In this document: positions 1-10,055 of the stretch, one piece after another
Layout: each line of letters starts with the position of its first letter
Numbering within the stretch: the stretch's first letter is position 1
Source: a virus
Lineage: Duplodnaviria; Heunggongvirae; Uroviricota; Caudoviricetes
DNA length: 64,000 nt
Reading direction: 5' to 3' (one strand)
IMG/VR virus record: IMGVR_UViG_3300029605_000001
The notes under the pieces: model-generated
The model's database searches: none
The model's input: only the letters and a program-made list of their open reading frames with translations
Told to the model about the DNA's origin: nothing
Position numbers and translations under genes: made by a program

Positions 1-315
1 ACCAAAATACTCTATATATTTGTTAATTACTTCTTGGTCTTTAGAGAATAATGATACCTTGTAATTTCTAGTTTTAGTATCATATTCTATATTACCATCA
101 GCACATATAAAGCCTAACCAATATTGAGTTATAGGGGAATCTAAATCTTTAAATTTAGATATATCCTTATTTCTATTAGCTTTTTTAACTCGCTTCGGTA
201 TTTCATATAGATCTAAAATTTTAGAGATTGTATTAGTACTACAACAATATTTTTTTGTTAATTCTTTAATCTTTACCCCATTTTGATAATCCTTAATTAA
301 TTCCTCTACATTCAT
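1..315 (-). CDS. LAGLIDADG homing endonuclease, 5' portion (runs off window start); intron-encoded
   Basis: Minus-strand ORF from ATG at 313-315: MNVEELIKDYQNGVKIKELTKKYCCSTNTISKILDLYEIPKR... then LGFICADGNIEYD (LAGLIDADG motif). N-terminal HTH-like segment. Not in ORF track because truncated. Confidence 0.6.
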   Translation of the reverse strand, partial: MNVEELIKDYQNGVKIKELTKKYCCSTNTISKILDLYEIPKRVKKANRNKDISKFKDLDSPITQYWLGFICADGNIEYDTKTRNYKVSLFSKDQEVINKYIEYFG

Positions 316-423
316 ATATATAATTTTTAAAATTAAACAATACAAATATGAAGTAATTTTATTTAAAATCAAAATTAATTTAAGGCAAATTTTAAAGTAA
401 ACTATAAAGTATGATATAAAGGA
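1..423 (-). mobile_element. group I-type intron (partial) interrupting the DNA polymerase gene inside motif B
   Basis: Polymerase ORF stops immediately after ...RKKAKGYEFAFNY where motif B (RxxAKxxxFxxxYG) needs a G. A separate endonuclease ORF follows. Downstream exon lies beyond the window. Confidence 0.5.
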
Positions 424-1914
424 TTAATAGTTAAATGCAAACTCATATCCTTTTGCTTTCTTACGATAGTCGTGATATTCTTTCTTAACCTCATCGGCAG
501 ACATATCCTTTGGAATTTCTGGATAAACTATTTTAGCAGTTAGAGTATGTAAATCTTTTTCTCCTTCCATAAGTTCATGAATCATAGCCTTATCATTAGC
601 TATTGAAGCCATTAAGAACGATTCTTGACCTTTATAATCCATACTAATCCATTTATTACCTTCTTCAGCGATAAAACAACTTCTGGTAAAACTATCCCCA
701 GGTATATTTAATAAATTTATATACTTAAGTCCGTTTTGCTCTTTACCCCCAGAAGATACTCTAAAAGTATCAGTGCCTTTTACATTATACTTAGAATACA
801 ATCGACCATCTTCTCTAACTTGTTTTCTAACATTGTCCCCATAAGTTCCGACAAGTTTCTTTTTCTCCTTATATTCTAAGTACAATGGAATTAAACTACA
901 CTGATCTTTTTGAGGTTTTAAACTTTTGGCATTAATAGATTCAGAGGTATCATCTCCAGATTCAACTTCAACTTTAACACCTAGAGATTTAAATAGTGGT
1001 ATAACTTGTTTAGGAGAATTCCAATTAATAATAACTTCAGGTCTAGTATTAAATCCGTCAAATAAACTTCCTTGACGATTAATTTTTACATATTTAGAAT
1101 CAGGACAATTATTGACAAGCCATTCATTCATCTTTTCTAAAGTAGCTTGTAAATCTTGTAAATCTCTTTTAATTTTCTTATCCCATTTTTCTAAATCAAG
1201 CTTAACCCCGCAAAATTCTGCGTATGCAACATGAAAAGTAGATCTATTGAGTAAATCAACAGCTTTCTCCAAGTTCTTCTCACGTAATTTTTCTAGCTGC
1301 TTCTCCTTTAGTTGGCTCATATATTTTACATCATCTGCAGCATACTTAACTACAGATAAATCTGATAATCCTTTCCATATTATTTGTCCTCTAATAGACT
1401 TATCTAACTCTATACCCAAATATAATTTGGATATTGTCTTTAGACTTGTGGAAAGTAAATAATGAGCCTTTTTATTTTTACCTTCTGCTTCTACATATTG
1501 ATATCGGTCACATTTTATTTTGTAATATGTTTCAGGAGTAATAATAATTGGATATCCATTCCAGAGACATAATTCTCCCATATAAGTATCATATATTCTT
1601 TGAGGGACTATATGGTATAAGTACAGCCATTTTAAATCAAACTTTAAATTATGACCAATAAATAGCCTATCAGACATTAAATAATCTTTATATAGAAGTA
1701 TATCTATAGTACTACAATCTATTACTACTTGAAAATCATAACATCCTAATTGGACAGATAATAGCTTACCACTATGGCAGTCAAGACTAGAAGTCTCTGT
1801 ATCCAATCCAACCTCTACTAAGGGATCTAATAACTCTAAACTTTCTTTTACAGAAATTATTTTATATATATTATTATCAAATAATTCCTTATTCTTTGTT
1901 ACTAGATATATCAT
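424..1914 (-). CDS. polA: DNA polymerase I (family A), exon 1: 3'-5' exonuclease domain plus polymerase motifs A and most of B
   Basis: Exo I DTETSSLD, Exo II FIGHNLKFDLKWL, Exo III YAADDVKY. Motif A ISMDYKGQESFLMA. Motif B RKKAKGYEFAFNY truncated by stop. Confidence 0.85.
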   Translation of the reverse strand: MIYLVTKNKELFDNNIYKIISVKESLELLDPLVEVGLDTETSSLDCHSGKLLSVQLGCYDFQVVIDCSTIDILLYKDYLMSDRLFIGHNLKFDLKWLYLYHIVPQRIYDTYMGELCLWNGYPIIITPETYYKIKCDRYQYVEAEGKNKKAHYLLSTSLKTISKLYLGIELDKSIRGQIIWKGLSDLSVVKYAADDVKYMSQLKEKQLEKLREKNLEKAVDLLNRSTFHVAYAEFCGVKLDLEKWDKKIKRDLQDLQATLEKMNEWLVNNCPDSKYVKINRQGSLFDGFNTRPEVIINWNSPKQVIPLFKSLGVKVEVESGDDTSESINAKSLKPQKDQCSLIPLYLEYKEKKKLVGTYGDNVRKQVREDGRLYSKYNVKGTDTFRVSSGGKEQNGLKYINLLNIPGDSFTRSCFIAEEGNKWISMDYKGQESFLMASIANDKAMIHELMEGEKDLHTLTAKIVYPEIPKDMSADEVKKEYHDYRKKAKGYEFAFNY

Positions 1915-2155
1915 ATTTGTCTACGTTATCCCATAATATTTTGTTATCTTCACTATATATTTCAACTGTGGGATAATCTGAGTTGTCATATGGCTCTAAG
2001 TCCTCTATGCAGTCTAAATCTGTATCATAAGTGCATTGACTCTCTTCATTTATGATTTTATCTACAGCTTCTTTTAAAGTATTAGCTTCTATTTTGTAAT
2101 ATTGTCTATACCAATTAGTAAATTTTTTGTCTCTGTATAAATTATATACATTCAT
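1889..2155 (-). CDS. hypothetical protein
   Basis: 88-aa minus-strand ORF in a co-directional array; no recognisable motif. Confidence 0.3.
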   Translation of the reverse strand: MNVYNLYRDKKFTNWYRQYYKIEANTLKEAVDKIINEESQCTYDTDLDCIEDLEPYDNSDYPTVEIYSEDNKILWDNVDKYDISSNKE

Positions 2156-2753
2156 AATATAATAACGTTGGGTTATTTTTATGAATATCTATATTATTTA
2201 AGTTACTAGATTTAATCTTATTATTAAACTGATTTGAATCAAATCCATTACATACTAAATGAAACCCATGAACTGTTGGGATTTGATAAATAGTAAACTC
2301 AGGATTATGTCTACATGATTTTATGATATCAATAACCTGATTAATATTGTCTGGTTCATCAACATCTACTACCCATAAAGCTTTATATCCTCTAGCTCTA
2401 GAGCTTCCACATACACTATCCCATACATTATTACCCATGAAGGAATTATTATTTAATACTAAATCAGTATATCTTTTAATACATTCAAGAGATACTTCTT
2501 GTGCATTCCTAACATTCATATTAATGTATGCTCTAGCATTGTTACTTCTACATAACTCCTTTATTCTATTTTCTAGTTTATTAAAATCATCTACACTATA
2601 TATATAGTATGATTTAATTAACCTATATCCATTTCTTACATGAAGGCCTTCATTTCCATCTTTCTTTCTTTGTATAATTTGAATAAAATAAAACTCATTC
2701 TTATTATTGAATAAGAGATGAGGTCTAATCACATTAAAATTATCTACAGTCAT
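2142..2753 (-). CDS. hypothetical protein; possible archaeo-eukaryotic primase-like fold
   Basis: WVVDVDEPD (DxD-like) and TVHGFHLV (H motif) resemble AEP primase-polymerase motifs I and II. The assignment is weak. Confidence 0.3.
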   Translation of the reverse strand: MTVDNFNVIRPHLLFNNKNEFYFIQIIQRKKDGNEGLHVRNGYRLIKSYYIYSVDDFNKLENRIKELCRSNNARAYINMNVRNAQEVSLECIKRYTDLVLNNNSFMGNNVWDSVCGSSRARGYKALWVVDVDEPDNINQVIDIIKSCRHNPEFTIYQIPTVHGFHLVCNGFDSNQFNNKIKSSNLNNIDIHKNNPTLLYYECI

Positions 2754-3221
2754 AAATTATACATTCTTTTATATTTATTATATATTTCTCTGATAGCGGG
2801 TTCTCCAATAGGATTTTCTCTAAGAGAATCTCTATGAATGCACTCCTCTAGGGGAGTGAAAAAGTCTTTAAATTCTAATTCATATTTAAAATCATCTTCA
2901 GGGCGTAACTTACCTTCATTTCGAAGTTCTTCAACAACCTGATTATGAGCATCTACTAACAAAGTATAATATTTAACTTCTTTTGGATTTAGATTCATAT
3001 TATCTATAACAATATCCTCTCTTCATAGAAGTTGCAGTAAATTGTTTTTTAATAGCCTCTACCAAAGTTTCTCTACTAGGTACCCAATACTTACCCAACA
3101 TATTTCGAATATCATCATTGTTAAATCTTACTCTACTATTTGGATTTTCTAATACCCAATTCTTAGCCCATGTAGATTTCCCACTTGCAGGAATACCTCT
3201 ACATATAATAATTTTAGCCAT
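2750..3221 (-). pseudogene. P-loop polynucleotide/nucleoside kinase-like gene, apparently frameshifted (ORFs 3000..3221 and 2750..2998)
   Basis: Walker A GIPASGKSTW in the first ORF resembles T4 Pnk GCPGSGKSTWA. LLVDAHNQ (cf. VIISDTNL) lies in the abutting second ORF, which is in a different frame (3221 mod 3 differs from 2998 mod 3). Confidence 0.4.
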
Positions 3222-3301
3222 ATTTTTTAATTAAATGATTTTTATTAGATATTTAAATTTTTAGTTATCCTAAAAGCTTATCAGGAATATTTTATTAATA
3301 G

Positions 3302-4156
3302 TTATAATAAGTCTTTTAGTCCATCTGAATAATTTTTTCTTATGTAGTTTATGGCGCTATGCTGAATCTGTCTTACTCTTTCTCCTCCTATACCAAATCT
3401 ATTAGCAATTTCATCATTAGACATAGGGTCCATTCCTATTCCAAAAGACATTCTTAGGATATCTCTATCTCTGCATGATAATTTAGATAAAACTCTTTCT
3501 ATTTCGTTAGAAAGATCACTCTCATTAGTATTTATATCTGTAGGAGCAGAATTTTCATTTGGAATAATATCTATTAGACAATTACTATCTTCATCTTTTA
3601 TAGGATTATCAAGGGATACAGATCTGGATACAGAAGATAGAGCAGTATTAATCTTACTTTGGTCTAAATTAGTTTCATTTTCAAGTTCTTGTATAGACGG
3701 TTTTCTTCCATTTAGTTGCTCAAATTTCTCAGATACTTTATTAATTTTATTTATGTATACAACTTGACTCATAGGAATCCTAACAGTCCTACATTGATCT
3801 GATAAAGCTTTCATAATTGCTTGCCTTATCCACCATACTGCATATGAAATAAACTTGAATCCTTTATCAGGATCAAATAATTTAGCTGCTTGTATCATTC
3901 CTAAATTACCTTCCTGTATTAAGTCCACTAGTGGTAGACCTTTTCCTTGATATTGCTTTGCTACAGATATAACAAATCTTAAATTTGATTTGATTAATTT
4001 ATCCATAGCATCTGAATTACCTTCTTTTACTTTTCTAGTAAGCTCTACTTCTTCTTCCTGACTAAGAATAGGCTGTTTAGATACATCTTTGAAATATAAT
4101 CCCAAAGATGCATCTTGCCTGTCAGTAATAGATTGAGTTATTTTTAGACTTTTCAT
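3302..4156 (-). CDS. sigma-70 family RNA polymerase sigma factor (regions 1.2, 2, 3, 4)
   Basis: Region 2 DLIQEGNLGMIQAAKLFDPDKGFKFISYAVWWIRQAI. Region 4 MSNDEIANRFGIGGERVRQIQHSAINYIRK. Confidence 0.85.
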   Translation of the reverse strand: MKSLKITQSITDRQDASLGLYFKDVSKQPILSQEEEVELTRKVKEGNSDAMDKLIKSNLRFVISVAKQYQGKGLPLVDLIQEGNLGMIQAAKLFDPDKGFKFISYAVWWIRQAIMKALSDQCRTVRIPMSQVVYINKINKVSEKFEQLNGRKPSIQELENETNLDQSKINTALSSVSRSVSLDNPIKDEDSNCLIDIIPNENSAPTDINTNESDLSNEIERVLSKLSCRDRDILRMSFGIGMDPMSNDEIANRFGIGGERVRQIQHSAINYIRKNYSDGLKDLL

Positions 4157-5286
4157 TAGGACTCATCCTCAATGTTACTTTCTCCTTTATCAAGGAGTTC
4201 TTGTTCTTTATTAAGAAATCTAAAACATTTTAATTTAAAAGCTCTAGTAACTCCGTCATCAATTTTAATTACTAATCCCTCATGAGGAACCTTATTTATA
4301 CAATGAGGTGAATCCATTTCCATATAGAAACTAGGATCATTAGAAAGATTATCAATAAAGTTTTCATTCCAATGATTTGAAATATCAAGCTCAGGATATA
4401 GATCCTTAGCCAGACCACAGTAGCATTCTTCAACTGGAGTAAGTCCTACACTGGAACACCACTGTTGTACTTGATGTGGAGTATACTCATATACTTTACC
4501 ATCTACATTAGTATATGTGACTCTGTAAATTCTTACTTTGAAATGTTTTTCTGGAGTATACTTTTCTCCGTCCTTTGGAGGAGTACACCCATAATCATAC
4601 TTTTTTTGAATATATTTCCCATTAGGAAGATATCCAATAATCTCATAATAAGCAGTCTGCCCCTTTGCTAAGCAAGGTCTAACAATATTATCAGCTTCTG
4701 CCCATACATCAACACCATAGAAACCACTACCAACATTACGATTATAATACTTATTCTTTATAACTGTTCTAGAAGCGTAAATATAATCATACCTATTGAA
4801 TTCTTCTCCAGTAAGCCATTTAGCTATCTTTTGTTTCCAGTTCAAAGGCTGTCTACATAACACATATGCCGCATCGAATTCAATACCCTCTTTGACATTT
4901 TCTAATTCCTTATTAGTTACTGATATAATATAATTTTCTAAAATAGTCATCGGAAGAATAAATCCTTCAGATAATTCTCCTCTAAGTTTTATAGCCTTAA
5001 CCCTTCCATTATCATCAAACATTCCAGACTGTTCTGGATCCTTATTTAATTCTTTATGTCTATATAAATTAGCATAACTTAAGAAATCTCCATTTATGCA
5101 AGACAATGCTGGGAAATATACATATAGTCCAGGCTCAGAATCAATACCAGTAATAATATTAAATCCATCAATAGTACAGCACTTAAGTCTATTAACGTCA
5201 GGATCAGAATGTTTTCTGAATGTAGAAATATTTACAATTTTAGATAAATAATTCTCACTTGCTTTCTTACTTTTAATTAATTCCAT
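4156..5286 (-). CDS. ATP-dependent RNA/DNA ligase-family nucleotidyltransferase (RNA ligase-like)
   Basis: C-terminal HEGLVIKIDDG (motif IV EGhVhK) and KLKCFRF (motif V KxK). Motif I is not clearly identified. Confidence 0.45.
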   Translation of the reverse strand: MELIKSKKASENYLSKIVNISTFRKHSDPDVNRLKCCTIDGFNIITGIDSEPGLYVYFPALSCINGDFLSYANLYRHKELNKDPEQSGMFDDNGRVKAIKLRGELSEGFILPMTILENYIISVTNKELENVKEGIEFDAAYVLCRQPLNWKQKIAKWLTGEEFNRYDYIYASRTVIKNKYYNRNVGSGFYGVDVWAEADNIVRPCLAKGQTAYYEIIGYLPNGKYIQKKYDYGCTPPKDGEKYTPEKHFKVRIYRVTYTNVDGKVYEYTPHQVQQWCSSVGLTPVEECYCGLAKDLYPELDISNHWNENFIDNLSNDPSFYMEMDSPHCINKVPHEGLVIKIDDGVTRAFKLKCFRFLNKEQELLDKGESNIEDES

Positions 5287-5317
5287 TTTTACTATTAATC
5301 TAATTAAATTTTATAAC

Positions 5318-5623
5318 TTATTCATATACAGCACTATCCTGAAATTCTCTCATAAAATTTGCATAGCATTGAGCCTCAGCCTCATAGTATTTATTGTCAA
5401 AGAATTGTTGAAAGGCATGGAAAACTTCATGCCAAAATGTATTAAAAATCTGTTCATCTTTTAATTCAATTCCATCTATAGTTCTTGCAATTTTAATTGT
5501 ATTAGTAACTGAATTATAATTTCCGTATACTTCTTCTCCATCCCTTCCAGTTACTTGGTCTACCACTTGAACTATAATCTTAGTATTAGCTATTTTAAAT
5601 TCTTTAGGTATTTTCATTTTCAA
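5318..5623 (-). CDS. hypothetical protein with HExxH (WHEVFHAF) motif
   Basis: 101-aa minus-strand ORF; possible small zinc metallopeptidase-like motif. Confidence 0.3.
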   Translation of the reverse strand: MKMKIPKEFKIANTKIIVQVVDQVTGRDGEEVYGNYNSVTNTIKIARTIDGIELKDEQIFNTFWHEVFHAFQQFFDNKYYEAEAQCYANFMREFQDSAVYE

Positions 5624-5744
5624 AGATTAAATTGAGTTGTAAAAAAGTTTATATTACCTTTTCCAATAATATGGGCATCTCCGCACTCGTCTATATGGTA
5701 TTGAATATCTCCGTCAAAATTTAATTCCTCGTACTAATTCATAA

Positions 5745-6101
5745 TTAGATTATATCATAGTATTCTTCTTGATTCAAATAATTATTACTAGACAAAATGT
5801 CAATAATCTGTGAGATAAATTCTTGGCCATCCTCTCTACTAAAAAACTTACTTAATACTAAATATTCTGTTTCAATTAGTGGAGTAGCTAATTTAATAAT
5901 ATTATATAGTTCTGAAGGTTTATATGATATATATTCATTTGTTCCAAAGTAGAGATCTATTTCAGAATCTTCTAGATCTTTAGAGTATTTTAATAAAGCA
6001 TCTAGAAGTAATTTTCTTTGTTTATGAGTAAGAATATTTATCCCAAAGATATCAAATTCATCTGCCCAATTGGCATGCCAAGTGATTAAATAATTGTTCA
6101 T
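5745..6101 (-). CDS. hypothetical protein
   Basis: 118-aa minus-strand ORF in the gene array. Confidence 0.3.
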   Translation of the reverse strand: MNNYLITWHANWADEFDIFGINILTHKQRKLLLDALLKYSKDLEDSEIDLYFGTNEYISYKPSELYNIIKLATPLIETEYLVLSKFFSREDGQEFISQIIDILSSNNYLNQEEYYDII

Positions 6102-6103
6102 TA

Positions 6104-6487
6104 TTACTTAATTTCAGATTCATCAACTTTAGTAATTATTGTTCTACCAATTACATGATTATGTACAAGTTGATAAATGTGATTATCAAACTCATATTTA
6201 CACCTAAAGTGCTTATCATTATTAGAACCTTCGAATGGCTTCCATCCTAATTCATCTAAAACCTCTAACGTTAGATTAAGACTAACCTGTCCAAAATTAA
6301 AGTAATCTAGATTATTGGATAATATTTCTTTTAAATCCTCTTTTATGCTTTTTAAAGCTAAGGTTAAGTTTTCATGTGGATTTTTGCTTTCTATATATTG
6401 TGCAATGGTACTTCCTGCAAATACTATATTATCTCTATCCACATCCTGTTTTATCAGCTTCTCTGTTTCATCATTTAATACTATCAT
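6104..6487 (-). CDS. hypothetical protein
   Basis: 127-aa minus-strand ORF in the gene array. Confidence 0.3.
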   Translation of the reverse strand: MIVLNDETEKLIKQDVDRDNIVFAGSTIAQYIESKNPHENLTLALKSIKEDLKEILSNNLDYFNFGQVSLNLTLEVLDELGWKPFEGSNNDKHFRCKYEFDNHIYQLVHNHVIGRTIITKVDESEIK

Positions 6488-6722
6488 AGTCCTCCATTGG
6501 ATTATTTATTTCGACATTCTTATAATCAAATCCATACTGTCCTACCCAACTTCTCGCAACTATAGCTGAAATAGAAGAATAGAAATGCATGGCTTCATTA
6601 GGATTATCTGTAATCCAATAGCACATTAGTCCAGTTACAGGATAAAATAAATCATCTATAGTCTCTAGACAGAAATCCTTAAGGTATTCACCTTTTTTAT
6701 TTTGAAGCACTTTAACTATCAT
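6471..6722 (-). CDS. hypothetical protein
   Basis: 83-aa minus-strand ORF overlapping its neighbours by a few nt, typical of phage operons. Confidence 0.25.
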   Translation of the reverse strand: MIVKVLQNKKGEYLKDFCLETIDDLFYPVTGLMCYWITDNPNEAMHFYSSISAIVARSWVGQYGFDYKNVEINNPMEDYDSIK

Positions 6723-7504
6723 TCTAAATCAAATCGAAATATTCTAGCTTTAGGTTGAGTGGGCTTACCTTCATCTGAGTAATTAAAGAATGTACATTCT
6801 ACCTTATGTCCAAGATACTTTTCATTAAAATTCTCAACATATTCTGCTTTAGTTTCCCTATCACCTACAGGCATAGCTTTGAATGTTCTACCATCCTCCA
6901 ATTCACAAATAAAAGTCATATCCTCAGAACCTCTTAATCCTAATTCATATCCTACAACTTTAAAGTCTTCAGATTTGTATTGCTTAATTTTAATTAATTG
7001 ATTTCCTCTAGAACCAGGTTTATAAGGTTTATCAGGATCAGTAATACAAGCTCCTTCAAATCCTTCTGATACATACTGATTATGAGCTTGTATTATATTG
7101 TCCCATCCTTCTACAGTATCATGTACTAGTATTTTTATAGGCTCATTTTTCTCATCCTCACTAATTCCAGAATATAAAAAGAATGCAGAGTTCTCAAGTA
7201 AGAATACATATCTATCTATTGCTGTCATTTCTGGTTTATCAATAAAATAGCAATCATATATCCAGTATTCAAGCCAATCACAGTCATATGCATTTTTCTC
7301 CATTCTAGCTGCTCCACTTATTTGCTGAAGTGACTTCCCTCTTTTAAAGAGTTCTCCATCTAAAATTACATTTGGATTTCTAGAGAAAAAGTATAATAAT
7401 TCTGGATTAGTCCTTAAATGAGTAGTAGCTGCATCATAATTTTCTCCCCCTCTAGATGCAGTATGAATTTCTCCATCCTTATAATAGAATAATGCTTTAA
7501 CCAT
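6719..7504 (-). CDS. ATP-dependent DNA ligase, exon 2 (motifs III, IV, V and OB domain; lacks motif I)
   Basis: NVILDGELF (motif III), EGFEGACITDP (motif IV), QLIKIKQYK (motif V). No KxDGxR upstream of the first Met. Confidence 0.75.
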   Translation of the reverse strand: MVKALFYYKDGEIHTASRGGENYDAATTHLRTNPELLYFFSRNPNVILDGELFKRGKSLQQISGAARMEKNAYDCDWLEYWIYDCYFIDKPEMTAIDRYVFLLENSAFFLYSGISEDEKNEPIKILVHDTVEGWDNIIQAHNQYVSEGFEGACITDPDKPYKPGSRGNQLIKIKQYKSEDFKVVGYELGLRGSEDMTFICELEDGRTFKAMPVGDRETKAEYVENFNEKYLGHKVECTFFNYSDEGKPTQPKARIFRFDLE

Positions 7505-8428
7505 TTATTACCCTAAAGGCTCTTTATCCTTTAGTTCCATAGATTCATTATTCTCTATGGTTTGGACTATATCTTCACCATCTAAATAATTGAATATATT
7601 TTTACAAAAAACTTCAATTTGTTTTCTTGTTGCAGAAGATTTCATCATATTCGCTAAGGTAGAAATAAAAGCAACGTTTCCTTTTACATATCCTTTTTTA
7701 GGATTAATTCTGTCTAAAGCAGGAGTATCTTCAGCTCTGCCTCCTTCATCTTTAGGGTTATACCAATTAAGTTCTATACCTAAAATAGGACAAACTGGAG
7801 TATATATTTCCTTTAAATCGTCTAAAGTCAAATTAAATGGAACTGCTTTTAATTTAGCTCTACATTTTACTCTTGCTAAGGTATCTTTTAACTTCTCATC
7901 TAAAGACTTTGATGCTTCTTTATTTTGATACCAATTTGCCTTTCGTTCTATTACTTCTGGACGATTATTATATTCCATTGCTTTGATTCTAATCTCTTCT
8001 CTATGAGCCTCTTTATATTTAGCAGAGGCTAACTTCTTTTTTCTCTAATACTCTGGATCAGATTTAATCCTTTCGTATCTCTCGCGCATTTTACGATTTT
8101 TACACTCTTTACATTCACGAAAATGACCATCCTTACTTCTTCTGTCTTTTGTAAATTCCGATAATGGTTTTTCCTATTTACAACAGGTACAAATTTTTGT
8201 TAATTCTTCCATACTAAATAGCTTTTAAGTTATGACTAAATATAACTAAAATTCTTAAACCATCAAAACATATTTTTAGAAGGTGTCCAGTGTTCTTGGA
8301 GTATTTTATTTTCCTAAAAGTTTTTAGGAATCAACTCTAGTCTCTGCGCATTTATAACTATTACTAGTTAGTTTAGCTCAGGATTCCCATCTCAGGGTTC
8401 CCTGAATTAGCTGGATTTAATGACGGCA
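7505..8428 (-). mobile_element. group I-type intron in the DNA ligase gene carrying an HNH endonuclease ORF
   Basis: Ligase motif I (RKLDG) ends ORF 8429..8860. Motifs III-V resume at 7504. The GC-rich segment 8290-8428 contrasts with the AT-rich surroundings. Confidence 0.5.
7508..8212 (-). CDS. HNH-family homing endonuclease with N-terminal zinc ribbon, containing two in-frame TAG codons
   Basis: From ATG 8210-8212: MEELTKICTCCK-TAG-EKPLSEFTKDRRSKDGHFRECKECKNRKMRERYERIKSDPEY-TAG-RKKKLASAKYKEAHREEIRIKA, in frame with ORF 7508..7978. C-terminus LDRINPKKGYVKGNVAFISTLAN matches ORF 46234..46980. TAG complements at plus 8174-8176 and 8045-8047. Confidence 0.6.
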
Positions 8429-8860
8429 TTAAAGCTTACCGTCAAGCTTTCGGCTAATCATCCACTTTTTATTGTAGATTTTAGGATTAGTAACTTTTTC
8501 ACTCTGCTTAGCAAGCTGAGGTTTTATTACACCATATTGATTAGTCTTAACATCCCCGAAGATTTCTTCTAAACTATCAAGACTATAATTATTAGGATGC
8601 TTATCTACTTCTATATAACCTTTATCTTTAAATTTTTTAACTTCACTATTATACTGTAAAGCTAATTGTTCTTTCCAAGTCCTTTTCTGCTTAGTTTTAT
8701 CTATTATTATAGTAGGAGATAAGGTTGTCTTACCTCCTACTTGTCCATAACTTCTTTGTATAATATAACCATGTTCTGGTTCATGCCACTGTTCATCGGA
8801 CTCTACAATTGCAAATCTGAACTTACCAGTAGATGCCTTTCCTAAAAGATATGTAATCAT
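8429..8860 (-). CDS. ATP-dependent DNA ligase, exon 1 (N-terminal region ending in motif I KxDG)
   Basis: ORF ends ...KKWMISRKLDGKL then stop. KLDG matches ligase motif I KxDGxR. Confidence 0.6.
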   Translation of the reverse strand: MITYLLGKASTGKFRFAIVESDEQWHEPEHGYIIQRSYGQVGGKTTLSPTIIIDKTKQKRTWKEQLALQYNSEVKKFKDKGYIEVDKHPNNYSLDSLEEIFGDVKTNQYGVIKPQLAKQSEKVTNPKIYNKKWMISRKLDGKL

Positions 8861-9169
8861 TTATTTACGAAAATCCTTAACAATATTCCATAGATCTTCT
8901 ATAGTTTCTGTTGGGATCTCATTTCCTTCTTCATCCCACATAGTTGCTCCTGGAGGTAATGTGGGTTTCTCAACTAACCACCAGTAGATAGTATAAGCTG
9001 CATCCTCGCCAAAAAGAATTACGATAAGATTATTAAACAAACGTTCTCCATATTCTACCCAATCAATTTCAAGAGGATTACAGTTTAGAACTCTTCCAAC
9101 TTCTTTTAGTTGATTATACCATTTATTTTGCTCTAAAATTAATTTAGTGAATTCTTCTTTAGTAATCAT
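8861..9169 (-). CDS. hypothetical protein
   Basis: 102-aa minus-strand ORF. Confidence 0.3.
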   Translation of the reverse strand: MITKEEFTKLILEQNKWYNQLKEVGRVLNCNPLEIDWVEYGERLFNNLIVILFGEDAAYTIYWWLVEKPTLPPGATMWDEEGNEIPTETIEDLWNIVKDFRK

Positions 9170-9171
9170 AA

Positions 9172-9534
9172 CTAATCCCTAATTTCCAGATAAATATTTT
9201 CGTTACTATCTAGATTATTAAATTCAAGTAATAAAACTTTTAAAAGGTATTCTTTTACATTTCCAATCTCTTTAAAGTAACTATCATTATATGGGTTACT
9301 TTCAAAAGAGAACTCATCTACTATTGGTAATAATTTAGGTGCCAGTAGATGATTTGATAATACCTGATTACACCTAGAAATTAAAATTTCAATATCTTCT
9401 TTACTTATTAGGAATGGAGTTTTATCTTCGGTATCAAATCCTAAATCAGAAAAGTATTTAATTAAAAAGTTTACTTTTCTGAAACTACTTAATTCTAAAG
9501 TTTTCCTTTTTACAAAAACTATACCTAGATTCAT
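9172..9534 (-). CDS. hypothetical protein
   Basis: 120-aa minus-strand ORF. Confidence 0.3.
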   Translation of the reverse strand: MNLGIVFVKRKTLELSSFRKVNFLIKYFSDLGFDTEDKTPFLISKEDIEILISRCNQVLSNHLLAPKLLPIVDEFSFESNPYNDSYFKEIGNVKEYLLKVLLLEFNNLDSNENIYLEIRD

Positions 9535-10055
9535 TATTTAGAATTACTATGTCCAAATCCGCCACCTCTATCTACTCCAAAACTAGTAATATCTTCTAAA
9601 CTTCTAACATTATCCCACTCAATGTGTTCAATCTTATTTAATACAGCTTGAGCTATTCTTTCTCCATCCTCAATCCATATAGTTTCAAATCCTAAATTAA
9701 TAACAGGAATTCCCCATTCTCCTCTATATCCTACATCAATAGTTCCAGGAGTATTTACTACAGATAATCCTTTCTTAATTGCCAGACCACTTCTAGGTCT
9801 AATCTGAACTTCATATCCATCTGGAATAGCTGTAAATATACCAGTAGGAATAATTATTCTAGACATTGGCTCCAATCTAAGCATAGCCAATGAATGACCT
9901 TCTCCTGCAAATATAATACCTCCATCTCCATATATCTTTGGAATGTTATTAGGAGATAGTCTACTAAAATCTGCTCTTAAATCAGCCCCAGCATCTGTAG
10001 GATTATAATATTGTGGATTTGGATTATTAGAATTATTATAAATTTTTACTTTCAT
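9534..10055 (-). CDS. dut: dUTP diphosphatase (trimeric dUTPase)
   Basis: Motifs [40 protein letters not shown]. Confidence 0.85.
   Translation of the reverse strand: MKVKIYNNSNNPNPQYYNPTDAGADLRADFSRLSPNNIPKIYGDGGIIFAGEGHSLAMLRLEPMSRIIIPTGIFTAIPDGYEVQIRPRSGLAIKKGLSVVNTPGTIDVGYRGEWGIPVINLGFETIWIEDGERIAQAVLNKIEHIEWDNVRSLEDITSFGVDRGGGFGHSNSK

Noticed and set aside
1-423. Intein rather than intron in the DNA polymerase
   Set aside because: The polymerase frame hits a stop codon immediately after motif-B Tyr and the endonuclease has its own ATG. An intein would be an in-frame fusion.
1247-1462. Plus-strand ORFs listed in the track (for example 1247..1462, 2347..2607, 4465..4671, 13020..13214, 29603..29860, 39055..39538, 52548..52841)
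   Set aside because: All lie antisense inside well-supported minus-strand genes and have low-complexity, hydrophobic or AT-codon-biased translations. They are treated as shadow ORFs.
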